The position numbers and the translations under genes are program-made. Under the pieces are notes generated by a model that was not told where the DNA came from, searched no databases, and saw nothing but the letters and a program-made list of their open reading frames with translations. From Pecten maximus (Eukaryota), in contig NC_047022.1 of NCBI RefSeq assembly GCF_902652985.1, positions 29,450,001 to 29,514,000 of the forward strand: a DNA stretch of 64,000 bases, written 5' to 3'. Of this stretch, positions 11,950 to 25,700 are shown piece after piece; position 1 is the stretch's first letter, and every line of letters begins with the position of its first letter.

Positions 11950-13350
11950 AGTGTTTATGTTGTGACGTTATTGCCAATTTGTCCAGACAGTGTTTGAAAC
12001 TGTTTGGGTCTTGGACGACAATTTCTGGTAAAGCGTTCCACCTTTCCACAATTCTTTGAGTGAACGAGTATTTCCTCATGTCCAGTTTACTACTTAATAT
12101 TTCAAGGCTGAGTGAATGTCCCCGGGTCCTTCTCTCTTGCTTAATTGGCAAAAGACCGCATGATTTTGTTGACGCATAGCCTCTCTTCAAGATTTTGAAA
12201 ACTTCAATCATGTCGCCTACATTTATGTTACTACGATAAAGTAACGATGCAGTCGTTTTTCATACGAACTATCTTTATTGGTAGTAATTTCGTAGCGCGC
12301 CGTTGAACGTTTTCAAGCAGATAAATGTGCTGTTGTTTGTATGGTTTCCATATGCATATTCCATATTCAAAATGAGGTCAAACAAAAAGCCTTATACAGT
12401 AAACAGAACGATTTTTTTATGCAAGTGTGTGTATATGATCTTCTGATGGCTCCAAGTATTCAGTTCCTTTTGTTTACGGCTGCTTGCAGATGATTTTTAA
12501 AGTTTAATATATTATCTACAAATATTTCAATGTCTTTTTCTTCCGTCTCCTCTGATAACATTTCTGTTGTTTTCAGACCATTACTATCCACATATAAATC
12601 TTAGTTGTTTGAACTATTCCTTTCTCAAATTCATTGGTTTGCATTCGTCCGGGTAGAATTTTAGCAGCCAGATATCCGACAATTTCTGTAAGTTGTCTAG
12701 GTGCCACTGAAGATCTCTATTTAGTCCGGGTCTTTATACAATTTCGTATCATCAGCAAACAGTAGGGCGTTGGTATCGACGACATCTGGCAGGTCATTGA
12801 CGTACAGAACAAACAACGAAGGCCCCAGTACACTGCCTTGAGGTATACCACCGGTCACATGGTTCTGACAGGTCATTGACGTACAGAACAAACAACGAAG
12901 GCCCCAGTACACTGCCTTGAGGTATACCACCGGTCACATGGTTCTGACAGGTCATTGACGTACAGAACAAACAACGAAGGCCCCAGTACACTGCCTTGTG
13001 GTCATTGACGTACAGAACAAACAACGAAGGCCCCAGTACACTGCCTTGTGGTCATTGACGTACAGAACAAACAACGAAGGCCCCAGTACACTGCCTTGTG
13101 GTATACCACTGGTCACATGGTTCCATTTGGAAATGTGATCAATTACAGCAACTTGTTGTCTTCTTTTAGACAAAAAGTCTTCTATCCAACGTATTAAATC
13201 TTCTAAAAAAAGCATACGACTTCATTTTGCCGATTAACCTTCTGTGTGGAACGGTATCAAACACCTTCATAAAGTCAAGATAAATAACCCTTGATACCAC
13301 TTCCCTTTATCAATGATTTTCGCCCAGTCATCCTTGGCGTTAAGAAGCTA
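11950..13350 (-). mobile_element. degraded CR1-group LINE (RT and C-terminal region)
   Basis: Frameshifted [89 protein letters not shown]. Confidence 0.9.
12792..13100 (-). repeat. 5 tandem copies of the RT [16 protein letters not shown] segment (periods 79,79,50,50 bp)
   Basis: GGTCATTGACGTACAGAACAAACAACGAAGGCCCCAGTACACTGCCTTG starts at 12792, 12871, 12950, 13000, 13050. Confidence 0.95.
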
Positions 13351-13782
13351 GAGTATTGTGGATCTACCTTTTACAAACCCGAACTGCTGAGTACTAAGAA
13401 GATTGTTGTTTACAAGATGTTTCATGACACGATTTCTTATAACCGTAGTTTAGCTACGATACTTGTTAAGCTGACTTGTCCTGTTTTAAGTCGTTACGGT
13501 CATTAACATGAAATTAGGATTACTATATATCAATACTAATTCATTTATCTATTTAATCATCATCGGGTTTAGCATCCACTATATTGGCGCCTTGCGGCTT
13601 TTCAAAGGACGAGAAAATGAGGAGAAGGGATAATGTATGGAATGAAAGGGGAAGAAGGCAGATATAGAGAATAAACATGCACATCTACATATTTTAATTC
13701 AAAATATGCGTTGAACAATTTTTCCTAAAATCAGGCTTCTTAATTGCTATGTTTAGAGGAAGACTAATAAAAAAGTAATAAT

Positions 13783-14459
13783 AACTAGAACTGTCGCCAG
13801 GATGGCTGACTAATACCCCCGTAATCTGCACGAGTCAATGGTGAATTGGAACTGTTAATTAGAGGCTAACTAAGATAACCCAGTAATATAGTGACCAGTT
13901 GCCATAGCAACCATAATTAAAAAAAAAAAAAGTGGCATGCACATCTACACATGGTCCTCTATATTTGTGTGAAGTTTCATTGAAATTGGCCATTTAGTTT
14001 AGGAGGAGTTGTCCGGACAAACTTAAAGTTATGGTTCTTATCGGAAAACCTGTATGTAGTGACCAGTTGCCATAGCAACCATAATTTTGAAAGAAAAGAA
14101 AGTGGCATGCACATCTACACATGGTCCTCTATATTTGTATGAAGTTTCATTGAAATTGGCCATTTAGTTTAGGAGGAGTTGTCCGGACAAACGTAAAGTT
14201 ATGGTTCTTATCGGAAAACCTGTATATAGTGACCAGTTGCCATAGCAACCATAATTTTGAGAAAAATAAAGTGGCATGCACATCTACACATGATCATTAA
14301 TATTTATGTGAAGTTTCATCGGAATTGGCCCATCGGTTTAGGAGGAGTTGTCCGGACAAAATGCGTCTACAGACAGACGGACGGACGGACGGACGGACGG
14401 ACGGACAGACAGACAACCTGATTCCAGTATACCCCCATATCTTCGTTGCGGGGGTATAC
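13783..14459 (+). mobile_element. HINE/Helentron-associated element, copy 1 (3 x ~170-bp core)
   Basis: 5' box AACTAGAACTGTCGCCAGGATGGCTGACTAATACCCCCG, tandem core, (ACGG)n microsatellite, 3' stem TATACCCCC...GGGGGTATA. Confidence 0.85.
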
Positions 14460-15849
14460 AAATCTATAGATGGTACATGTTTATACTTTTCATTTATAGG
14501 TAAATTATGCATAGCCTGTTGTACGACATCGTCAGACCCACGGAGTCTTCTTTTTCACATTAATCGGGATTAAAGAAGATAAATCACGTGGTTACAGACG
14601 ATGGCTGCACGGGGACACGGCACAAATTCCCAATCCACGATTTATAAAATATATGTATATACATATAATACAATGATAGTTATGTGAACAGTGAATTGAG
14701 AATTCGTGCCACGTCCCTGTGCAATGATGCTTTAAAATGACGTCGTCAGGCATTACATAAACTGTAGTTATAGTTTGAAAATTGACCAATATACCGTTAT
14801 GGTACATATGAGGAAATTGCTAAAGTTGTCGAGTTCCTGTGGTTCGATAAGGCTGCCAGCAACTTTTCATTTACATCTATAAACTGTCGCGATCGTAATT
14901 TCAATTAAAAGCACATTTTACAATGAAAGTTTGTTCAATTTTGTGACGTACATGTACAATGTATGCAGTCATCACGGATATTATTCAGATATCTTAATTT
15001 GGGTCGATAGTTTTCTTTTATATCAGTCGATGAAAGCTACGTATATAGATTTATATTGTTGCTTTATTCTTTGTGTTTTGCCGAAGAAAGAAAATTAAAA
15101 TAGGAAGAAAAGGATGTCTCTACCGCACTAATATTAAGACATAAGCAGTCTGTCTTCTGTCCGAAAAAGGGAGGCAAACCCCGACTAGGGTACCTGTTTG
15201 TTTCAAATGTGTTTGGCGAATGATTGTTTCATCAAAGTAACTGTGAAAAGAAGATTGAAATACATGATCGGTGGGGCTTTCTTTGGAGGCATGTGTTGTA
15301 ATAATAAGGTCTGTGAATTGTGTTCTTGTAGCAGGCTTCGGCGGAAAAGCCCGAATTTACGGTATGCAACAAAACATTTGTGACGTTAAGATTTGACGTT
15401 AAGAATTGACGTCATTAAAATGACGTTTGTTATTCAAATTTCACAAATTGTTTTGTTTATGGTTATACATTGTATATACGATTTTTTAATCAGTTAAAAA
15501 TGTTTACTATGAATAATACTATATATACTGCTGTATCCGTCCAATCGGCCCTCCGGCACTCTGAAAATCGGGAAGATCGGCCCAGTCGGCCCTCTGGCAA
15601 TCTGAAAACCAAAAGATCGGCCCAAATAGGCCCTACGGCACTATAAGGGTTGATTAATATACATATAGAAGCCTGCGCCGTTATAGTTTTTTTTTTTCAA
15701 ATATATGCATGGTTTATTTAAAAGTTGAAGTCAAAACTCCAATATGCAATATAAATGAACAAATGTCAATGAATCTGCCAGGACAAATGTATTCACATAT
15801 ATGTTTCCAGTCATATTGTACATAGCTGAAGTACAATGACAATTCACAA

Positions 15850-16030
15850 GCTAACAAGAGGCAAATCCTTGTTTATCAACATGAGAATGCCATAATCAAA
15901 TTTGAATGCTTTATTCAGGTCAATAAAAAGTACACCAGTAAGGTAAACTTGATCTATATTTTTGAACCATCTCTCTAAAACACTAAACAGTGCGGTTTTT
16001 GTTGAGTGATGAGGATGGAAATCAAACTGA
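15850..16030 (-). mobile_element. LINE RT fragment
   Basis: QFDFHPHHSTKTAL...W..NID....TGVLFIDLNKAF matches the RT QxGFRxxHST..AL...DLxKAFD motif. Confidence 0.75.
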
Positions 16031-18155
16031 TTATAGCTTAACATATCTAACAATTACATATGTTGAAAAAAAACAAGACAGAAAAAAATTAATGAAAATT
16101 AATAAATAAATAAATAAATAAATAAAAAATAAAGGTATATAAAAAAATGAAAAATAAGTAATGTTTAAGCAATCTAATATTTTACTTAATCCTGATAACA
16201 CCTGTCTCACCTGATTTAAATATTTATCTTTTCCCACCATTTCCATTCTATTGGAATCTTTACATATACGCCATCTACACCGGTTGCTTTGTCAACAGAC
16301 ATATTATTGTACTTACAGAGAATGTGTGTGAAGCTTAATTGAAAGCTGAGAGCATGTGGAACCTCATTAAGATGGCTGATACAGGTATAAGTATGTGTCG
16401 CATTATATGCTATTATGTAGCATTATCTCCGTTACTGTTATCATTAGCATTAACGCTGTATGTCCATTAACAAAAACACACAGAGATTTAGATTTTTATC
16501 CACTTGTATAAGAAGCACAGCTTCAAATAAATACAAGAAAGTTAATATTACTAACAATATTTGTGATTGACCAAACATGTATTTACAACTCGAGAATATC
16601 ACAAATCTGATATTTTGTATTGTAACTTTTATAATAAAACATAGAATATTAAGACATGATATGTAGGATATTGAATAGTTTCCCGTTGAATATTTATTTA
16701 TATATTTCACGAGTATGACAGAATATCGCACTCCAGAAAAATATTGAAATACATTTGTATTCTGTCATTAGAGTGAAATATGTTATATTCCACGGGAAAC
16801 CATTTATTCACACTTTATGCTTAAAAAAGAAAAGAAAAGTTAAAAACATCAAAAATTAAGAGTGTCAAAAAGTGTGGGAATCAGTCACATAATTCATAAC
16901 GTCGTCTCTTTGTGACGTTACTCAACGTCAACTTAACAGCGCGATTTTTAAAACAGTGATCAGCGCAATTTAATTGTTTGGAGAATCTATGCTAAGTGAG
17001 TACTTTTTCAAAAACTCGTCTGAATATTTCAGAAATACACCAAAACAACCCACTTGTCTCTCTTTGCATCGATTTGAAAAACCAATAAGGTGAATACAAA
17101 GGTTTGCTCTGATTGATAAAAAGCGAATACCTGCAAAATCTTATCTCTATATAAGTTTTATCAGTTTGATAAATGTCTATATTTCGCTTGCAAATATGCA
17201 ATAAAATGGTTCAGAAATCACCCCGGATATATTATCCGTATATACAACCTTTATACATTATACAAAAAGGCACTATTTCCCTTAAATCTTACATTTGAAG
17301 TACATTCGTTCACGAATGCTACTGTTCAAGGTACAAATGTGCATTGTATAATTCAGTCATTGATTAAAATTCTCGAATCATCGAATTATATGCATTGAGA
17401 ATAAGACAAATGGTTATACCTCAGAGACATCAGGTTATTGACACTCATAAAACGAAACAACGTTATAGATACGCGGTTAAGCAGTTTTTGGAAATATAAT
17501 TCAAATAAATTTCGATTTGCTGTGCTCATTCTAAAAACGTTTTGTAAAAAATGGTGTCAAGAAGTTTTCAAGACTCGAAAAGGTTGCGATAAATTTATCA
17601 TAACGAATCGTATTTCTTATATGACGGTTCTAATTGAATGGCGACAGTTTGTAAGCGATCTAGGAGCATATGTCATCAGAACGTTACACGAACACCCATT
17701 ACTGTAAACGTAATCACTTACGTGTTTAAGTGAGTATTACAACATAGTACAATGACGAATTACACTGCAAAAGAACATCGTTTAGAAAACAGAATATGGG
17801 ATTTGTAAGCAACGCATATAAAATATCTCAAGATTAACGAGTGTTTTGACTATGAAACCACGTAGGTTATAATTCATATCGTAAGCTATTCAATGCGACG
17901 TAAATGGTATCTTAGACTATATGTACACATTTTCTAGACAATTTAACATACACTGTACAATGTACGTAATATCAATATAGACATGGCAAATGTCACCATA
18001 ATCACGGATATGATACTTTGTCAAATCATCCAAGTACCTTTCACAGAACGCTTCCGACCTTTGATTAGTTCAAACATTTGACTGATTTTGATACAGATCA
18101 GTAGGGAATAAATTGTGACAAAAGACTACCGTATTTGGAGAAAAGGAGCATATCA

Positions 18156-18250
18156 GTTTCATTTAGTTGTTTCTACAATGTCTGACATTCAGCCATAGCA
18201 TAGCAGTTTCATCAAGTTGTTTTCTACAATGTCTGACATTCAGCCATATA
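18156..18250 (+). repeat. two-copy ~50-bp tandem duplication
   Basis: agtttcat..agttgtt(t)tctacaatgtctgacattcagccata repeated. Confidence 0.8.
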
Positions 18251-19454
18251 GTCAAATACGTCTAGCATCACTAGCGTACTTCAGATGCATGTATGGTAAA
18301 ACTAGGGTCCAAGAATAACTATGTTGACAATCCAGTAATTCACCCGTTCTTCGACAAATGGTATTTTCATTGGAACTGGCTTCACAATTGATATCTATAT
18401 TACAGGAATAGTTTGATAACGGCAAGGTACGATTTAGTTTTTCCAATATAGAACAAAATATTTCAGTCAATCTGCATGTTGTTGAGTCATGAAACTGATA
18501 ATAAAAGAAAGATATGAAATCTGAAAACGAACACAAGTCTCTGACTTATGTTTTCACACGGTTGTATCCTTTTGCATCAATGTTACATCACATGTATATA
18601 TATATGACAGTTCACAATATCCTTCCTACGGATATCACTGCAAGCTGCGAGATGTTTTAACACATTGGTAAAGATCCACTCTAAAATATGCCTTGCGCAA
18701 ACCACTATATAGCGATTTACATAAGTCAGCAATATGTTTTGTGTTTATTCGTGTAGTTTTATAAATCACTGATCACGAATCCGCATTTGCTTGCACGATA
18801 TATAACTACCACCCATTGTCTAATAACACACAAAACTCCTTACACTTAAAGAGTTTACTTAAATGTGTTTTGATATTGGACTTCGTCTTTCCAGTCTACC
18901 ATTACCGATACGGCATCTCACTTGTCCACATAATATCGTTGTTTTTCTACAATGGACAAAACAGGTTTGATCAATAATTAATTTAGCGATTTTATTTGGC
19001 TGTGATTGTTTTGAAAGTATCTAGGCCTATAGCAGACTATTTTTGCAAACAGTTGTCGAAACGACTTTGCAATAAGTTATCTCAGCAGATCGTTTGGGTA
19101 AGGAACTGATATCAATACATGAAATGCCATATTTGTGGTCTCGACAAATGTTTCTTTTGTGATAACTAAACATAAATCTCAATTGAATATATTGTACAAA
19201 TGTCAGTTTTAAAAAGACTAAGATATTTTTGAAAGACATCAAAAGTAAATAAACATTAATAATAACGTAATTGAGTTCAATAAAATGGGGTCGGCAATAA
19301 GTGTAATAAGTGTTACACGTATACTTTGTATGCATTTCTAGTAACACACCCGACTGTCATTCGATACGTGAAATTGTAAATCTTTAATTGGAAAAGGTGT
19401 GATTTAAATATAAAAAAAAATCAAAGAAGAAATCAAAAGTAAGTCAAACAATAC

Positions 19455-19759
19455 CTATTTGTTTTCCATGGCTGTGATTAAGGAGTCAGTGTCCATGCTG
19501 CATTCCTGCATCGCAAGAAAAATTGCATTCACAGTAGGCCGGGGTTTGGTCTCAGTAATGAAGTCTTTCAACATGGCTTTGATCTTGCCACGAGCTGGCT
19601 TGTGTCTGTACTGGTCGTCAAACTCATCCACTGTTTTTGGCTGGAGTCCAAGCTCCAAGAACAGGTTGAAATATGCTTTAATATCAATATATTCAGCAAT
19701 GACTGAAGCATCGTCTACCAATACGTTTTCCTGTAACCTGCTCTTTGTTAACCTCCCGT
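19455..19759 (-). CDS. ROCO death-fold domain 2, terminal exon
   Basis: IAEYIDIKAYFNLFLELGL...VDEFDDQY...KIKAMLKDF...PTVNAIFLAM, TAG stop. Confidence 0.85.
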
Positions 19760-22700
19760 CTACAAAAAAGTGAATGAGAAAGTGCACAATCTAATACTTC
19801 TAACTAAAATTTTTCTTAGGAAGTGTTGGCTTGTCACAATCGCTGTTTGCAGGTCGTTGTAAGACGAGAAGTCTTTACAGTAAATCATTTAGAGACATCA
19901 ATTATTATCACAAAAATGCAATCTAATAAACATCATGAAAGTCACGTCAAAATATAAAACAAATTGATAGACTAAAATATTTTAATAGATGTACTAACGA
20001 CAATTATATATGCTCAAACGTAATTTATTTCTGCTGATTAATTGCGAAAATGCATCCCTGAGTCAAGCGTATACTTAGGTATAAAAACACCACTAGTTTC
20101 AATTCTTTACCTTCAAACACAATCTTCCTGTTACAGTCAATGATATTTGAGAGCTTTGTAGCATCCATCCCATGTCGTGTCATTGCCTTGGCTATAGGCA
20201 CGAACCTGATATCCGCCTTCATTTTGAGCAATTGAAGGAAGATTTTTGTGATCAGTGATCTGAATGCAAGGTGACGGTGTTCTTCCCTCTCCTGCTCCAA
20301 TACCACAGCAGGACAACCTAGTGTGACGAAGAACACCTGGTACGCCATGCCAATGTATCCGGAGATTCTACCGATCTCTTTGTAAGTCAGTTTTCTATCC
20401 GGTAAATCAGCAGTCCCCTCTACAACATAAGCGCCAAAAGAAAACAAATTTGTACTGTTGTTGAATCCGGCTGCATGCACCCCAAACAATGAAATCGTAA
20501 TTGAGACAAATTGTCACTGGAATGATTGTGATCGTATGACAACAATCAGAATATCTTTTACCATACATTAATTTATTGACAAATTAACATTTCTTGTGTC
20601 CCTTATTGATTACAACTGACCTAATTTAAAATAATGATTTGAACTGTGATAATTTTTTTCATTCTATGTAACGGTCACAAAGTAATATTAACATATGTAG
20701 TATAATTCATTATTATAGGATGGATTAAAATCATAACAGAACTATCTTTATCTGACATTTCTCACGCAAAACTTTGTTACCCGAATAAATTATGATTGGA
20801 CAGATGGATTTGCCTACCATTGTGTAGCTCGTTGCAGGTCATTTTCTGCTGTAAAATAAATGCAAGTTTCATCAAGAAAAACTCAATAGAAGCCAAGTTT
20901 ATATTAATACCATGTCAAATAAAATATTGTTCGCCATATAATAACAGTAATATTTCTATTATCAAAACTATCTAGTAACTACGTACCCCTTGATCTGGAT
21001 CTTCGAACCAGTCGTACATATACTCCCTTTTTATCCATTTACAACTCTTTGAGCTGAAGCACTCCATGCCTTGGACATGTCGGAGTTTGTCTACCATTGC
21101 CATTTTGTCATTTGATGCGAAACGGTAGTCATTGTGGAGGTAGAATTCGTATTTCAGATGGCTTTGATGATTCTGTTCAAGAATGCGCTGCAGAAGAAAT
21201 TCCAGAATGCAGAGTAAGTCTACTCCAGCCCCCCTTGTTGATTTCTCCTTATCTTTCTTGAACATTATGATCTTCATTGCATTGTCCCTACAGTTGATGA
21301 CTATGTTCCACAAAAAATCCACACTCAGGCAAACAAAGCCACGCTGGATGAACTGTGAGCCATCATAGCCGTATTCATGTAGTCGTTTGAACCTGTGGAT
21401 GAATGAGGCAATCATCTTGTCCCACACGGCCTGTGGGATAAATGGGTTGTTGAACTTGAGACAAAGAGTGACAGTGGTGACAGTATCAGGATCATCAAGT
21501 AATTGCTGAATCATATGGGGATTCGCTGTTTGAAGCATGCATGGCACTATGAAGTAATCAGCTTCGACATCTGGATCATCTGAAATTGGTTTTGCTAGAA
21601 GATTCAGGGTTTCCATTACGATGAAGAGTTTTCCAATATAATCAGCGAATCTGTTTTCCTCCCAAAGCTGTTTGACGAATGCCATCGGAAGAACACCGGA
21701 CTTTTCATACTGTGCCCACTTCAATCTCGCCATGCTGGTTAAGTTAGATTTAAAATTAGAGTCTGTGATGATGGCTTTAAATGCATCTATTGTCCATTGT
21801 GGTTGGAGAACTATAAATGGGTTTTTGCCGTGAAGATCGAAACAATGGAATGTCCCGGTGAATTTCAGATTTCTGTAAAATATATATGCATATGAAAATT
21901 GATAATCTCATATCACAAAAAAAAATAAAAAAAAAAAAATAAAAAAAAAATATATAAAAAAATAAAATAAAAAATGTATAGAAAACTTTTACATTGCGAT
22001 TTCTGCTTACCTGAGAAAATCCACCATTTCTTGTTCTTCCAATGGAACTGTTAGTTGTCGGTTGAGATTTAGCAACTCCTCGTATGACAGGATGATGCCG
22101 CCTCTATTTTTCAGCCTCACCAGTTCGTGCTCTAATGCTACCCACTTTGCAGGGACAGGCTTCTCCCATTGCGACTGTAGGGGGGCGACCTCCAGAATTT
22201 TTTTCCAAATGATTTCGTACACCTCTTGGTTTTTCGTGGAATCGTTCAAGTTTGCAATGGGAAACGCTTCTTGGACATGGCTATCTATAATTTGTTTTAG
22301 TTGCGGAACCTCGCGAAGCTTTTCCAGTACATTTGCAAACAATTTTTCCTGTTCTTCTTTCTGGATTTGAAACGGATTTATTTTGACATGTTACCTATTC
22401 GGAAATAACATTGATTTTTAAATGATTCTTATATACATAATAGTATATAAATATTGAACTACATATTACAACGTGATCACGTAGTTTCTATCACAATGCA
22501 CTGTGATATCTTACTCTCTCTTGTGTAAATGTGTTGACTGTTGAACAAATAAATTGATCGATATTCACTTGTGATATATGACAGTGATATATGATAGTGA
22601 TATATGATTAGTTGCGATTTCGAACTTTGAAAATTAAGTGGATTAAAGAACTACATTGATTTAAATTTTGAAAGATGTCTGGCTACCACGGATTTCGGAT

Positions 22701-25700
22701 GCCGTTGTTCATGACTAAAACATATTTTTTGCTACTATTGTTTCGTAATACTAACTTACTTGTATCATAATATCAATACATTATATTTGCATATGGCATC
22801 AGCAACAGACACATGTGTATCCAAATCAAATAATGAATCCGCCGGGAATGAAATATACCAGAACAGGTCTCACGACTTGTGTTTTTTGGATATGTCATTT
22901 GTTTCGTTCTCGTTAAGTCATAAATAATACAAAAGACACTCGCTAGAACATTCTAACAAATAATTTCTGTAAAACCTGAGATTGTTTTTGAATAAAAAGA
23001 TACGTCTACGTATCCTCTTCCCCCTACTTGGCTTTGATGGTTTTTTCCTTTTTCTTTTAATGAAATAACCTTTGACCTTTTGGCTTGAGCTAGATATTAA
23101 TGTAAAAATTGCACCTTTTTGACATTTGACCTTGAGGCCAAATCAGAGTAACGTAATTACATGTACAGTAAAATGCACATCGACTTTGTGATGCAACCCC
23201 CCACCCAAGTTTCACCAGCATCTTTTCAGCAGTTCAGGAGTCAAGGCCCAATAAGGAAATTATTGTAAAATTCGCCCTCAGTTGACCTTTGAACCTTCGA
23301 AGGGGAGGTGTATCAAATAGCATATCTTACATGTATTTGTAGTGTGACCTGTATAACTTCATAAATAAGCTCTTAACATATGGAACTGTGTCATATTCTC
23401 AATAAATGATACTGTTTGTTACAATCATCGCTTTACATATAATTATCGCATAGATATATATGAATATAAAAACTAAGGAAAGAAAAAAGTCATTTTAAAA
23501 TGCTAACACAGTTTTAAAACCCTTACATCGGACGAGACCTTGTCTAGGTGTGAGCCGACCAGGATTATTGGTGGCGTTAATTTGTCATGTGCTGCGTCGT
23601 CATTTGCATAGGTAGCAATGTTCCTCAGCCAATCTCCGGCTATTTCTGTCAACACAGATTATGATATCAAAACGATTAATTGCAACATAGCAATGGAACA
23701 GCATTGAAGCCAATGATCAGATACTAGTATACAAATGAACTAATAACAAATCTAGAACACAAGGCCCCTTTTTATACGCCCGACGAAAGACTATTATATT
23801 ATCATGTTGGCGGGCGGGCGGGCACAAATGGTGTCCGGACCATAACTCTAATACTACTCGATCCAGGTTCTTCATACTTGACACAAATATACATCTTGAT
23901 GAGCCGGAGTGTCGCATATCTAAATCATGCCCCTTTCCCCCGTATTTGTGGAGTTATTCCCCTTTGATGATTTTACTTGTCCGGACCATAACTCCAGTAC
24001 TACTCCATCCAGGCTCTCCATACTTGACACACATATACATATTGATGAGCCGGAGTGTCAAATACCAAAATCATGCCCCTTACCCCCTTATTTGTGGAGT
24101 TATTCCCCTTTTATGATTTTACTTCGGGCACATATGGTGTTGAGCTCTCCATACTTAAAACAAATATACATCTTGATGAGCTGGTGTGTCACATACCAAA
24201 TTATTCCCCCTTACGCCCTAATTAGCGGAGTTATTGCCCTTTGATGATTTTACTTATCCGGACCATAACTTCAATACTACCCGACCCAGGCTCTCCATAC
24301 TTGACACAAATATGCATCTAGATGAGCCGGAGTATTACAACCTGTGAAACTACCCCCTTCCAAGTGTCAAATATTGCGTCGGGCGTATGTTGTGGCCCTC
24401 CAATGGGCCCTTGTTTACATTTACTATGATGTGATTCATGTTTCCTCCAAATCTGCTGGGTTAACAGAAATGTAAATAGTATTGTAATCTGCATTTGTTG
24501 TGTTTGTAATCTAATTAAAATCTAGATGGTCATTATCACTACGTTACATGAACATCTAACAACATCCCATAATCAGGTTGACCTTTTGGATTAGCCAATC
24601 AAAAGACTACTTCCAGAATCTTGGAAGTGAATTTTATATGTCCGAATTAGCACGACTAGAGTCAAGTCATTTCGTCAAATAAAGCATAAAGCTATATAAT
24701 GTGCCGAAATGGTTTGCTTCAGATGCATGCTGTGACGAAATGTTTTGCTTCGATGACATCGACAAAATGCCAATTCGCCCTGAAAGTGAAAATACACACA
24801 TCTCAGAGGTCATCAGAACGTGACCCCTTATGTGATGTTGTTAGATATTCATGTTACGTAGTGAGAATGATCATCTAGATTTTAATTAAATTGTTGTGTT
24901 TGATTTGTCTTATTTTAAAGCCTCTCCAGTAGTCATAGTCAGACATTCACCTTTTCTTTGATCTTTGGACCTAAATATATTTGACCTTTAATCCAGTTCT
25001 GGGCTGCGACAGCTCGGTTGGTTAGAGTGACGGTCAAGGTCTCACACAACTAATTCAGCCATAAAACGTAATATTCCAATGGGCTAATAAGGCGGGAATC
25101 CAGGTGGGGGTTCCACTGTAAATATCGGGGTCACTGTGTGTTCCAAGTACAAGTGAACTCGTATATGCTATAAAACCTATCTAATTACATACTTTTTTTT
25201 TATGGTAGGGAAATCCTAAAACTTTAATTTGATATAAATTTCACAACATTTGAACTTCAGGTGAGCGATTGTGGGGATGGAGTCATGGTAATAACATATA
25301 ATGAAATAATTAGTTGTGCGAGACCTTAAGGGAATGACACGTGTTATTATCATCCCAGGCTTCATGCAGGATATACTAGAAAAAAAATCATGCTGAAATA
25401 TGGACCTGAACGAGTGAGTTTTTGTTTTGGCGAGATGTTTGATTTCCATTGTCTTTCGACATTATAACTCTGTCATGTTATGTCAATACAATTTATACGT
25501 GTATCTGTCTTGACTTTCGTGTTGTAGCTGATATGTACGTGACAAATTTGACAATGTCTTTTGACAAAGTGACCTTGACCTTTGGTTTCTCATGGTTTGA
25601 TTCTGATCAACGTTGCGTGAACATATCATATCATCGACATTGCCTTTCGACCCAGTGACCTAGACCACTGACCGAATGATCTTTACCTTGGTCAGTTACC

